In this document: piece by piece, positions 9,595 through 18,273 of the stretch
Position numbering within the stretch: position 1 is the first letter of the stretch
How the letters are laid out: the number at the start of each line of letters is the position of its first letter
Assembly (NCBI GenBank): GCA_031459915.1
Contig: JAVKHO010000003.1
Location: forward strand, 122,594-186,593
DNA length: 64,000 nucleotides
DNA from: Candidatus Tepidifontimicrobium thermophilum
GTDB lineage: Bacteria > Sysuimicrobiota > Sysuimicrobiia > Sysuimicrobiales > Sysuimicrobiaceae
Direction of reading: 5' to 3'
The notes under the pieces: model-generated
The model's database searches: none
Told to the model about the DNA's origin: nothing
The model's input: the letters and a program-made list of their open reading frames with translations, nothing else
Position numbers and translations under genes: made by a program

Positions 9595-11745
9595 TTGCGT
9601 TTCCATCGGGAAAGCCTGACGAGGGCGACGATGGTGGTGGCCTCCGCGGCGGGCGCGGGGTACCTGGTGTGGCGGGTCGGGTGGACGCTGAACCCGGACG
9701 CGCGGGCGTTCTCGGTGCTGCTGTGGGCGGCGGAGGCGTTCGGGTGGCTGAGCGCGGTGCTGTTCTTCTTCACAGTCTGGAAGGTGGAGCACCCGGAACC
9801 TCCTCCGGCGCCCAGGGGGCTCCGGGTGGACGTCCTGGTGCCGACGAAGGGCGAGCCACTGTGGGTGCTGCGTCGGACGCTCCTGGCGGCGCAGCGCATC
9901 CGCTACCCACACCGGACCCTCGTGCTGGACGACGGGGACCGGCCCGAGGTCCGGGAGCTGGCCGCCGCCCTGGGGTGTGCATACCACGCCCGGCCGACGC
10001 ACGAGCACGCGAAGGCCGGGAACCTGAACTTCGGGCTCCGCCACAGCGACGCGGAGTTCGTGGCGGTGCTGGACGCGGATCACGTACCCATGCCGGAGTT
10101 CCTGGACCGCCTGCTCGGCTACTTCCGAGACCCGCGGGTGGCGTTCGTGCAGACGCCTCAGGACTTCTACAACGTCGAGAGCTACCAGCACTGGGTCCAG
10201 CCGGACACAGGCCGCGCCTGGCACGAGCAGGCGCTGTTCTTCCGGGTGATCCAGCCGGGCAAGAACCACTGGAACGCGGCCTTCTACTGCGGGTCGCCCG
10301 CGGTGTTGCGGCGGGCAGCCCTGGACGACGTGGGCGGGTTCGCCACGGAGACCGTCACGGAGGATCTCCACACGTCCATCCGCATGCACGGCCGCGGCTG
10401 GAAGTCCGTCTACCACTCGGAGGCCGTGGCGTACGGCCTGGCCCCGTCCACGGTGGCGCCGTACCGGACCCAGCGTCTGCGGTGGGGCCGCGGGGCCATG
10501 CAGGTGCTGCGGCTGGATAACCCCCTGTGGCGGCCGGGGCTCTCCCTCGCTCAGCGCCTAACGTACCTGGCTTCCATGATCACCTGGTTCGAGGGGTGGC
10601 AGAAGGCGGTCCTGTACCTGGCGCCTCCGGTATTCTTCGCCACCGGGCAGCTGCCGGTGCGGGCCGTGGACTGGGCCTTCCTCGTGGCGTTCGTCGCCTA
10701 CCACACGCTCAGCAACCTGGCCTTCAAGCTGGCCAGCCGCGGTTACGGGATGGTGTTGCTGACCGAGCACTACAACATGGCCCGGTTCGCTACCTACATG
10801 CGGGCGACCCTCAACCTGTTCACGGGCCGGGCTGCCTTCCACGTCACACCCAAGGGATCGGACAGGGGAGGTCCTCCCCTTGCCACGGTCCTGCCGCAGC
10901 TGGGCGTGCTCGTAGCGAACCTGCTGGCCTGTGCGGGGAGCGTGGCCCGAGGGCCCGCGGCGGGGGACCTGGTGACCGCCTACGTGGTCAACGCGGCCTG
11001 GGCCGCCTGGCACAGCTACCTTGCGGCCTGGGCCGTCGCGGTCGCGTACCGCAAGCGAGACCGCAGGGCGCTACAGCGCCTGCGGGCGTACCTGCCGGTT
11101 CGCGTGCGGTGGGACGGCGACCGGGAAGTCGTGGGGCTGTTGCGGGACGTGCACGAGGAGGGCGCGGGCGTGGAGCTCTCCGGTCACGAGCCCGTCCCTT
11201 CGTCGGGGGCCCTCGTCCGCCTGTCCTTGCCGTCCGGCTGGCCCCACGCGGAGCTGGTCCTGGAAGGCCGTGCGGTGGCCATGCGGCCGCGGGGCCGGAA
11301 GGTGGAGGTCGGGGTACGCCTGGTCACGCCTTCGCCGGAGGCCTCGGACACCCTCTTGAGCCTGGTGCTGTTCGGCGCGCAGCGCAGGCTCCTGGAACGA
11401 GCCGCCGGTCCGCTGGACCCCCTGGGTAGCCCACAGAACCGGCGGCGGACCTGGCGCCAGGTCGCCCCGACGCCCGTGCGGGTGGTGTGGCAGGACGCGG
11501 CGGTGTGGGGCCTGGTGGAAGACGTCTCCGCGGCCGGAGCGCGGCTGCTGGTCCCCGCGAGACCCGCGGAGGGTACGGAAGTGGTGGTGCTGGAAAGGGG
11601 CGAGGGAACAGTCCTGTCGGGAGTCGTGGTCTGGAACAGGGCGGTGCCCTTCGGGGACGGCGAGGTGTTCTGGGTGGGTCTCCGCGGGGGGAGGGCGGTA
11701 GCTGCGGAGCCGGGTCACGAGGAGCCCGCAGGAACCCGCGCCTAA
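9595..11745 (+). CDS. Cellulose-synthase-like GT2 glycosyltransferase (BcsA-like) with two C-terminal PilZ-like domains
   Basis: HAKAGNLN, DADH, FVQTPQDFYN, TED, QRLRW, F.VTPK; RxxxR...DVHEEG and RxxxR...DVSAAG; AGGAGG RBS before TTG 9595. Confidence 0.88.
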   Translation: MRFHRESLTRATMVVASAAGAGYLVWRVGWTLNPDARAFSVLLWAAEAFGWLSAVLFFFTVWKVEHPEPPPAPRGLRVDVLVPTKGEPLWVLRRTLLAAQRIRYPHRTLVLDDGDRPEVRELAAALGCAYHARPTHEHAKAGNLNFGLRHSDAEFVAVLDADHVPMPEFLDRLLGYFRDPRVAFVQTPQDFYNVESYQHWVQPDTGRAWHEQALFFRVIQPGKNHWNAAFYCGSPAVLRRAALDDVGGFATETVTEDLHTSIRMHGRGWKSVYHSEAVAYGLAPSTVAPYRTQRLRWGRGAMQVLRLDNPLWRPGLSLAQRLTYLASMITWFEGWQKAVLYLAPPVFFATGQLPVRAVDWAFLVAFVAYHTLSNLAFKLASRGYGMVLLTEHYNMARFATYMRATLNLFTGRAAFHVTPKGSDRGGPPLATVLPQLGVLVANLLACAGSVARGPAAGDLVTAYVVNAAWAAWHSYLAAWAVAVAYRKRDRRALQRLRAYLPVRVRWDGDREVVGLLRDVHEEGAGVELSGHEPVPSSGALVRLSLPSGWPHAELVLEGRAVAMRPRGRKVEVGVRLVTPSPEASDTLLSLVLFGAQRRLLERAAGPLDPLGSPQNRRRTWRQVAPTPVRVVWQDAAVWGLVEDVSAAGARLLVPARPAEGTEVVVLERGEGTVLSGVVVWNRAVPFGDGEVFWVGLRGGRAVAAEPGHEEPAGTRA

Positions 11746-11769
11746 CACCGCCCTTCCGGAAGTGCGGGG

Positions 11770-12327
11770 TTGGCAGACGTCCTGTTGATCTCCGGCCGCC
11801 CGGGGGTGGGCAAGACCACCCTCTTGAAGCGGCTGGCGCACCTTTTTCCCGGCCGCGCGGGCGGGTTTTACACGGAGGAGCTGCGGGAGGGCGGCCACCG
11901 GGCAGGGTTCGTGCTGGTCACGCTTAGCGGGCAGCGTGCGGTGTTCGCTCACGTGGATCTCCCGGCAAAGTGCCGGGTGGGCCGCTACGGCGTCCTCTTG
12001 GAGGTCCTGGAGGAGGTGGGGATCCCTGCGATGCGGGAGAGCGCGGTGCCGGGGCGGGCGGTCCTCGTGGACGAGGTGGGGAAGATGGAGCTGCTCAGCG
12101 CGACCTTTCGCGAGACCCTGGAGGAGGTGGCTTCAGGTCCCGCGCCTCTCGTGGCCACCATCCTGGCGGGCCCACACCCGTGGGCCGACAGGTTCCGCCG
12201 CCAGCCCCGGGTGACGGAGCTGGTGCTGACCCCAGCGAACCGGGACGAGGTCCTGGAGCAGGCACGCGCGTGGCTTGCGCGCCGCCTGCCTGACTGGCCT
12301 GGCGCGTTCGACAGGCTGGCCCGCTGA
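11770..12327 (+). CDS. Nucleoside triphosphatase (NTPase_1/THEP1 family)
   Basis: GRPGVGKTT, GGFYTEE, VGRYGV, DEVGKMEL. Confidence 0.88.
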   Translation: MADVLLISGRPGVGKTTLLKRLAHLFPGRAGGFYTEELREGGHRAGFVLVTLSGQRAVFAHVDLPAKCRVGRYGVLLEVLEEVGIPAMRESAVPGRAVLVDEVGKMELLSATFRETLEEVASGPAPLVATILAGPHPWADRFRRQPRVTELVLTPANRDEVLEQARAWLARRLPDWPGAFDRLAR

Positions 12328-12356
12328 CTCCCGCGCGGGTTGAAAGCCCGGTCGGC

Positions 12357-12409
12357 TTGACGACGGCGAGGCCCCCTGGGTACAGTTCAGTTGAAAATGA
12401 GTTTCGATA
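12357..12409 (+). promoter_or_regulatory. Promoter plus Zur/Fur-like operator overlapping the regulator's own start
   Basis: TTGACG-18 nt-TACAGT then AT-rich imperfect palindrome TTGAAAATGAGTTTCGA in a ~70% GC background. Confidence 0.7.
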
Positions 12410-12819
12410 CATCCCCTGTGTTGCAGGCCTGGAGGAGCCGGGGCCGTCGTGTGACCGCGGCGCGTCGCGCGGTACTGGAGGGCCTTTGCCGGGCCGGCTG
12501 CGCCGCGGACGTACGCACCGTGTACCGACTGGCCAAGCGGGTGCACCCCAGGCTCGGGCTGGTGACGGTCTACCGGACGCTGGACCTGCTGGCCCGGGAG
12601 GGCTGGGTGCAGCGCTGGGAGGAGGGCGGCGTGGTCCGTTACGAGCTGGACCAGCCGCACCACCACCACCTGGTGTGCCTGGGATGTGGGCAAGTGCGGC
12701 GGTGGGATCGGTGCCCGGTGCCCGTGGAAGCCGGTGCCACGGTGGGTGGGTTCCTGGTGACCGGGCACCGGCTGGAGCTGCTGGGGTACTGCCCGACGTG
12801 CAGGGAGGTGATGCGGTGA
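12397..12819 (+). CDS. zur: Fur-family metalloregulator, probably Zur
   Basis: RVTAARRAVL, TVYRTLDLL, HHHHLVCLGCG, C-terminal GYCPTC; heads a zinc ABC operon; start 12391 or 12397. Confidence 0.8.
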   Translation: MSFDTSPVLQAWRSRGRRVTAARRAVLEGLCRAGCAADVRTVYRLAKRVHPRLGLVTVYRTLDLLAREGWVQRWEEGGVVRYELDQPHHHHLVCLGCGQVRRWDRCPVPVEAGATVGGFLVTGHRLELLGYCPTCREVMR

Positions 12820-13754
12820 TGCGGTGGGCCTTCGGGGTGGTCGCCCTCCTTGTGGCCGCCTGCGCGCCGCGGGCACCGGCTCCTTCGAAGCTCAGGGTGG
12901 TGGCCAGCTTCTACCCGCTCGCGGAGCTGGTACGGGAGGTGGGCGGGTCCCGGGTGGAGGTCAGGCAGCTGGTCCCCCCCGGCGCGGAGCCCCACGACTA
13001 CGAGCCCACACCGGGCGATGTGGCGAGGCTGCGGGAGGCGAGGGTGTTCGTTTACAACGGAGCCGGCTTCGAACCGTGGGTCGAGAAGCTGGCGGCGGAG
13101 CTGCCGCCCGACGCCGTGCGGGTGGAGGTCACCCGCGGCCTGCCCTTGGTGGAAGCACAGGGCGGAGAACCTGACCACGAGCACGGCGAAAGGAGAACCG
13201 GGCAGGATCCCAAGGAGGATGCCAGGCGGCTCGACCCCCACGTGTGGCTAGATCCCGTGCTGGCCCAGGACATGGTGGACCACGTGGCCGACGGCCTGGC
13301 GCGGGCGGACGCGGAAGGAGGCCCGGAGTACCGGGAGCGGGCTGCGGCGCTGAAGCGGCGCCTGGAGGACCTGCACCACCGCTACGAGCGGGCCCTGGCC
13401 CGTTGCCGGACGAAGGTGGTGTTGACGTCCCACGCCGCCTTCGGTTACCTGGCCCGACGGTACGGGCTACGACTGGTCTCCGTGGCCGGCGTGAGTCCTG
13501 AGGCGGAGCCGTCCCCACGGCGCGTCCGCGAACTTGTGGCCCTCGCTCGCCGGGAAGGCGTGCGGGCGGTGTTCGCAGAATCCGCCGCAGGCGACCGAGC
13601 CGTGCGAGCCTTGGCGGGCGAGCTGGGGGTGCCCGTCCTCCGCCTGGATCCGTTGGAGCGGGGGCCGGAGGAAGCCGGGCGGCGCGGGACCTCGTACCTG
13701 TCAGTGATGGAGAGAAATTTCGAAAATCTGGTCCAGGGCCTGGGCTGCCGGTAA
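12819..13754 (+). CDS. znuA: Zinc ABC transporter substrate-binding lipoprotein
   Basis: LVAAC lipobox, EPHDYEP, DPHVWLDP, SHAAFGYLA. Confidence 0.88.
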   Translation: MRWAFGVVALLVAACAPRAPAPSKLRVVASFYPLAELVREVGGSRVEVRQLVPPGAEPHDYEPTPGDVARLREARVFVYNGAGFEPWVEKLAAELPPDAVRVEVTRGLPLVEAQGGEPDHEHGERRTGQDPKEDARRLDPHVWLDPVLAQDMVDHVADGLARADAEGGPEYRERAAALKRRLEDLHHRYERALARCRTKVVLTSHAAFGYLARRYGLRLVSVAGVSPEAEPSPRRVRELVALARREGVRAVFAESAAGDRAVRALAGELGVPVLRLDPLERGPEEAGRRGTSYLSVMERNFENLVQGLGCR

Positions 13755-13765
13755 GGAGGTGTCCT

Positions 13766-14170
13766 GTGAAGGTGGCGTACCTGTTCGCGACGCCGCGCGC
13801 TGCCAGCTACAAACTCGGCCAGATGATCCTGCCGCAGCTGGAGGCGGGCACCCACGGGGCCCGGGTGGTGGCCATGTTCTTCTTCGACGACAACGTCTTC
13901 GCCCTGCGGCGGGGGGACCCGATCGGCGAGCGGCTCGCCCGGGTAGCCCGGGATCAGGGGATCGTTCTGATGGCGTGCGACACGTGTGCCCTGGAGAGGG
14001 GTCTGGCCCTTGGGGAACCGGTCTGGTGCGACCCCGCGAGGGCTGCGGGGCGGAGGGAGCCAGGGAGGTGTGAGCCGCACGGGACGGTGGACGGTGTCCA
14101 GGTGGGCTGCTTCCCGGATCTGTACCGAGTACTCCAGGTGGACCCGCCGGACCAGGTGGTCACGCTGTAG
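13766..14170 (+). CDS. DsrE-related protein (SaoD-like)
   Basis: MKVAYLF...MILPQLE...MFFFDDN...MACDTCA...GCFPDLY; strong AAGGAGG RBS. Confidence 0.7.
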   Translation: MKVAYLFATPRAASYKLGQMILPQLEAGTHGARVVAMFFFDDNVFALRRGDPIGERLARVARDQGIVLMACDTCALERGLALGEPVWCDPARAAGRREPGRCEPHGTVDGVQVGCFPDLYRVLQVDPPDQVVTL

Positions 14171-14206
14171 CGTCGGGCCAGGGGCAGCCCGGGAAGGGGT
14201 GGTGTC

Positions 14207-14971
14207 TTGTCCGGGAAAGACCTACCAGGAGTCGTAGCCGAACTCGAGCACGTGTGTGTGGACTTCGGTGGCGACCGCGTGCTGGACCAGGTGGACCTGC
14301 GCATCCAGCGGGGGGACTTCCTGGGTGTCATCGGCCCCAACGGGGCAGGCAAGACCACGCTGTTGCGGGTGCTGCTGGGTTTGGTCCGGCCCACCTGCGG
14401 GCACGTGCGCCTGTTCGGCCAGGAGCTGCGGCGGTTCCGCGACTGGCACCGGGTGGGTTACGTGCCGCAGAAGGCGGTGGCGTTCGAGACCCGCTTCCCC
14501 GCCACGGTGCTGGAGGTGGTGCTGAGCGGGCGGGCCGGCCGGGTGGGAGCCGGCCGGCGGTTCCGTCCGCACGACCGCGCGGCAGCGGAGGCAGCCCTGC
14601 GCACTACGGGGCTGTGGGAGCTGCGGGACCGGCTCGTGGGCCGGCTTTCGGTCGGGCAGCAGCAGCGGGTGTTCATCGCCCGGGCGCTGGCCAACGAGCC
14701 GGAGCTGTTGCTCCTGGACGAGCCCACGGTGGGGGTGGATCCGGAGGGGGAGGAGCAATTCTACGAGCTGCTGCGCTACCTCAACCGGGAACGCGGGACG
14801 ACCGTGGTCCTGGTGTCCCACGACGTGACCGCGGTGGCGCGCGAAGTTTCCCAGCTGGCGTGCCTGAACCGGACGTTGTTCTTCCACGGGCCGCCGGAGG
14901 AGGCCCTCCGGGCGGGGACGGTGGAGCGGCTGTACGGGGCCCGAAACCTCGTGGTGGCGCACCGGCACTGA
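14207..14971 (+). CDS. znuC: Zinc ABC transporter ATPase
   Basis: GPNGAGKTT, GYVPQ, LSVGQQQRV, LLDEP, VSHD. Confidence 0.88.
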   Translation: MSGKDLPGVVAELEHVCVDFGGDRVLDQVDLRIQRGDFLGVIGPNGAGKTTLLRVLLGLVRPTCGHVRLFGQELRRFRDWHRVGYVPQKAVAFETRFPATVLEVVLSGRAGRVGAGRRFRPHDRAAAEAALRTTGLWELRDRLVGRLSVGQQQRVFIARALANEPELLLLDEPTVGVDPEGEEQFYELLRYLNRERGTTVVLVSHDVTAVAREVSQLACLNRTLFFHGPPEEALRAGTVERLYGARNLVVAHRH

Positions 14972-14977
14972 AGTACC

Positions 14978-15778
14978 GTGGAGCTGTTTCAGTACGGGTT
15001 CATGCAACGGGCGCTGGTAGCCGGCCTGCTGCTGGCCGTGACCGCGCCGGCGGTGGGCGTGTTCCTCGTGCTGCGGCGCATGAGCCCCATCGCGGACACC
15101 CTCGCCCACGTGGCGCTGGCGGGTGTGGGTGCGGCGGTGCTGGTGGGGATGTCGCCCGCGGTGGGGGCCCTGGTGCTCACCGTGGTAGGGGCGCTGGGGG
15201 TGGAACGCCTGAGGGCTTCCGGCCAGTTGTTCGGGGAGGCCGCTCTGGCGCTGTTCCTAAGCGGGGGGCTGGCGGTGGCGGTGGTGCTGCTGAGCCTGGC
15301 CCGCGGGCTGAACGCGGACCTGCTGGGTTACCTGTTCGGGGCGGTCGCCGCGGTCACGCCTCAGGACCTGGTGTGGATGGCGGGGCTGGCGGTGGGGGTG
15401 TGCGGGAGCGTGGCGCTGTTCTACAAGGACCTGTTCGCCCTCACCTTCGACGAGGAGGCCGCACGGGTTCAGGGCGTGCCCACCGACGCCCTGAACGTGC
15501 TGCTCACCGTGCTGGTGGCGGTGACGGTGGTGGTGGGCATGCAGGTGGTGGGGATCCTGCTCACCAGCGCCCTCCTGGTGGTCCCCGCCCTTACCGCGAT
15601 GCGGATTGCGCGCAGCTTCCGCGGAACCCTGGCCCTGGCCGTGGCTGTGGCCGCGGTGGCGGTGCTGGCCGGCCTGGTGGCGAGCTTCTACCTGGACGTG
15701 GCACCGAGCGGGGCGGTGGTCCTGGCCAGCATCGCCCTGTTCGCGGGAGCCTCCTGGGGCCTGCGCGAGAGGCGGTGA
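14978..15778 (+). CDS. znuB: Zinc ABC transporter permease
   Basis: FMQRAL, DTLAHVALAG, YLFG, VVGILL; multiple TM helices. Confidence 0.88.
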   Translation: MELFQYGFMQRALVAGLLLAVTAPAVGVFLVLRRMSPIADTLAHVALAGVGAAVLVGMSPAVGALVLTVVGALGVERLRASGQLFGEAALALFLSGGLAVAVVLLSLARGLNADLLGYLFGAVAAVTPQDLVWMAGLAVGVCGSVALFYKDLFALTFDEEAARVQGVPTDALNVLLTVLVAVTVVVGMQVVGILLTSALLVVPALTAMRIARSFRGTLALAVAVAAVAVLAGLVASFYLDVAPSGAVVLASIALFAGASWGLRERR

Positions 15779-16323
15779 GGAACCCGGGCGAGGCGGGATG
15801 CCACGGCCCGCGGACGATCCACACCGCGGGCCACTCCACCCGCAGTCTCGGGGACTTCCTGGAGCTCCTGCGGGTGCACCGGATCCAGGTGGTGGTGGAC
15901 GTCCGGCGTTGGCCCACGTCCCGCCGCTTCCCCCATTTCCGGAAGGACGAGCTGCAGCCCGCTCTCAGCGGGGAGGGGATCGACTACGTGTGGCGGGAGG
16001 AGCTCGGTGGCTTCCGTCGCCCCTCCGCGGGATCGCCCAACACGGGGTGGCGGGTGGCGGCCTTCCGCGCGTACGCGGACTTCATGCTGACCCCGGAGTT
16101 CGACCGGATCCTGGGGGAGCTGCAGACGGTGGCGTCGCAAAAGAGGATGGTGCTCATGTGCGCGGAGGCCACGCCGTGGCGGTGCCACCGTCAGCTCCTG
16201 GCGGACGCCTTCCTGGTGCGCGGGTGGAACGTTCGGCACATCACCGACCGGGGTTGCTCCGCGCACCGCCTGACGCCGTTCGCCCGGGTGGAGGGGACCC
16301 GGATCGTGTACGCCGCGCCGTGA
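15775..16323 (+). CDS. DUF488 family protein
   Basis: TAGHSTR, VDVRRWPTSRRFPHF, ELGGFR, MCAEATPWRCHR; start approximate. Confidence 0.85.
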   Translation: MRNPGEAGCHGPRTIHTAGHSTRSLGDFLELLRVHRIQVVVDVRRWPTSRRFPHFRKDELQPALSGEGIDYVWREELGGFRRPSAGSPNTGWRVAAFRAYADFMLTPEFDRILGELQTVASQKRMVLMCAEATPWRCHRQLLADAFLVRGWNVRHITDRGCSAHRLTPFARVEGTRIVYAAP

Positions 16324-16364
16324 GTTCCCGCGGACCCGGAGACGGCATCCTGGACGGGGTGAAG

Positions 16365-17465
16365 TCATCCCCACACGCCCGGGATGCAGGTCCCGCAGTC
16401 CGGACAGGTGCCCCTGGTGCCCGTGAGGCGGTTCTGCAGGACGCGGAAGCCCCGCCGCTCGACCAACAGCGCCCCGCAGCCATGGCAGTACGTGTTCTCG
16501 TACCTTCCTACCTGGCCGGGGAGGTTCCCCACGTACACGTAGCGGAGTCCTTGTTCCTGCCCGATGTGGGCCGCGCGGAGCAGCGTCGCCGCGGGCGTGC
16601 TGGGAGTGTCCAGCATACGGTAGTCGCTGTGGAAGGCCGTGAGGTGCCAGGGGATGAAGGGGGACACTCCGGCGATGTAGGAAGCGGCGTCGCGGAGCTC
16701 GGCCTCTTCGTCGTTGAACCCCGGGACCACCAGGGTGACCACCTCCACCCAGAAGCCGCGGTCGTGGGCCCACCGCAGGGTGTCCAGGACGGTCTGCAGC
16801 CTGCCGCCCAGCTGTCGGTATCCCTTCTCCCGCATGGACTTCAGATCGACCTTGTACAGGTCCACGTACGGGCGGATGTAGTCCAGCACCTCTGGGGTGG
16901 CGTTGCCGTTGGACACGTAGCTTCCCACCAGCCCGTGCCGTCGGCCCTCGCGGAACAGGGCCACCGCCCACTCGCTGGTGATGAGGGGTTCGTTATACGT
17001 GCTGGTCAGCACGCGCGCGCCGGAGCGCAGAGCCAGCTGGACGAACTCCTCGGGGGTGATGGGGGTGAAGCCGGCCAGGCGTGTGGCCACCGGGTCCCGC
17101 AGGGTCTGGCTGATCTGCCAGTTCTGGCAGTAGGGGCACGCCAGGTCGCAGCCCAGCATCCCGAAGCTCAGGGCCCGGGCTCCCGGGTAGGCGTGGAAGA
17201 AGGGCTTCTTCTCGATGGGGTCCAGCTGCAGAGCGCCCACGTAGCCCCACGGAACGTACAGCCGGCCGCCCCGGTTGAACCGGACCCGGCAGATCCCCGA
17301 CAGCCCTTCGAAGATCACGCACCGGTGACCGCAGGCAAAGCACTCCACCTTGTGGTCCTCCAGGCGGCGGTACAACTCCCCCTCCCGGGTCATCTCCTGC
17401 AGGACCCGGGCCAAGGGAGTCTGCTGGGCCTCCCGGACGCTCAGCCGCCGGAATTCCTCCGCCAC
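16365..17465 (-). CDS. amrS: AmmeMemoRadiSam-system radical SAM enzyme
   Basis: CxxCxxxC N-terminus, DPIEKKPFFH, CDLACPYCQNW, TYNEP, YVYVGN, C-terminal CxxC pairs. Confidence 0.88.
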   Translation of the reverse strand: MAEEFRRLSVREAQQTPLARVLQEMTREGELYRRLEDHKVECFACGHRCVIFEGLSGICRVRFNRGGRLYVPWGYVGALQLDPIEKKPFFHAYPGARALSFGMLGCDLACPYCQNWQISQTLRDPVATRLAGFTPITPEEFVQLALRSGARVLTSTYNEPLITSEWAVALFREGRRHGLVGSYVSNGNATPEVLDYIRPYVDLYKVDLKSMREKGYRQLGGRLQTVLDTLRWAHDRGFWVEVVTLVVPGFNDEEAELRDAASYIAGVSPFIPWHLTAFHSDYRMLDTPSTPAATLLRAAHIGQEQGLRYVYVGNLPGQVGRYENTYCHGCGALLVERRGFRVLQNRLTGTRGTCPDCGTCIPGVWG

Positions 17466-17549
17466 CGTTCCCCCCGGACCGCACCCAAGCCCACTTTACC
17501 GCGCCTGCGCGCGAGAAGGCTGTGGGTCTTGAGCGCTCCGCTCGATGGG

Positions 17550-18170
17550 CTACGACCGGTTGGAGGCGCGCAGGCGCAGCTCCACCGTGACCCTGACCAG
17601 GTCCTCGGCTACGAAGAACAGAAAGCGCGGCACGGGCATGCCGTAGTCGGACATCCGGAGCTCGAACTCCGCCCTGCCCCGGAACCCGTCCGGCAAGGGG
17701 GTGACCTGTACCGGTGCGGAGACCTGGCGGGTCACGCCGCGGAGGGTGAGGCGGCCGTGGGCGATCGCCGGGAACGTACCGATGACCCGCGCGGCGTCCG
17801 TGGTCACCATCCCCTGGAAGGTGAGGGTGGGGTACTGCTCGGTCAGGAGCTGGTCGCGGTGCATCTGGGCGTCCCGCAGGGCCAAGCCTGTGGTGACCGA
17901 CCGCGCCGCCACGGTCAGCTCCAGGTCGGCCACGAAGCTCCGCTCGCCCGTCTGGCGCACCACCGCGGTCCCCTCGAACTGCTGCGCCCGGACCCGGAAC
18001 CCGCCCACGTTGTCCCGTACGAACAGCTCCACCCGGGAGTCCTCGGGGACCACCGCGAAGCGGCCGGTGGCGAGGAGCTGGGCATGCCCCGTGGCGGCGA
18101 GGGCGCTCAGCCACAGGGCCACAGCCGTGATCCCACCCAGAAGGCGTCCGGAGTTGTGATGGGCCGACAC
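17550..18170 (-). CDS. YceI-family secreted lipid/polyisoprenoid-binding protein
   Basis: Signal peptide, SVTTGLALRDAQM, QYPTLTF, GRLTLRGVTR, SDYGM; start uncertain (18170 or 18188). Confidence 0.8.
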   Translation of the reverse strand: MSAHHNSGRLLGGITAVALWLSALAATGHAQLLATGRFAVVPEDSRVELFVRDNVGGFRVRAQQFEGTAVVRQTGERSFVADLELTVAARSVTTGLALRDAQMHRDQLLTEQYPTLTFQGMVTTDAARVIGTFPAIAHGRLTLRGVTRQVSAPVQVTPLPDGFRGRAEFELRMSDYGMPVPRFLFFVAEDLVRVTVELRLRASNRS

Positions 18171-18273
18171 TCCCGCCCGGGTCCGCACAGCGAACAGCCT
18201 AGCAGCTCCCGTTGCCGCGCGCTACCCTGCTGACCGGCCGCAAGCGGCCGGTCCCGATTCGGTGGACGCGCGT

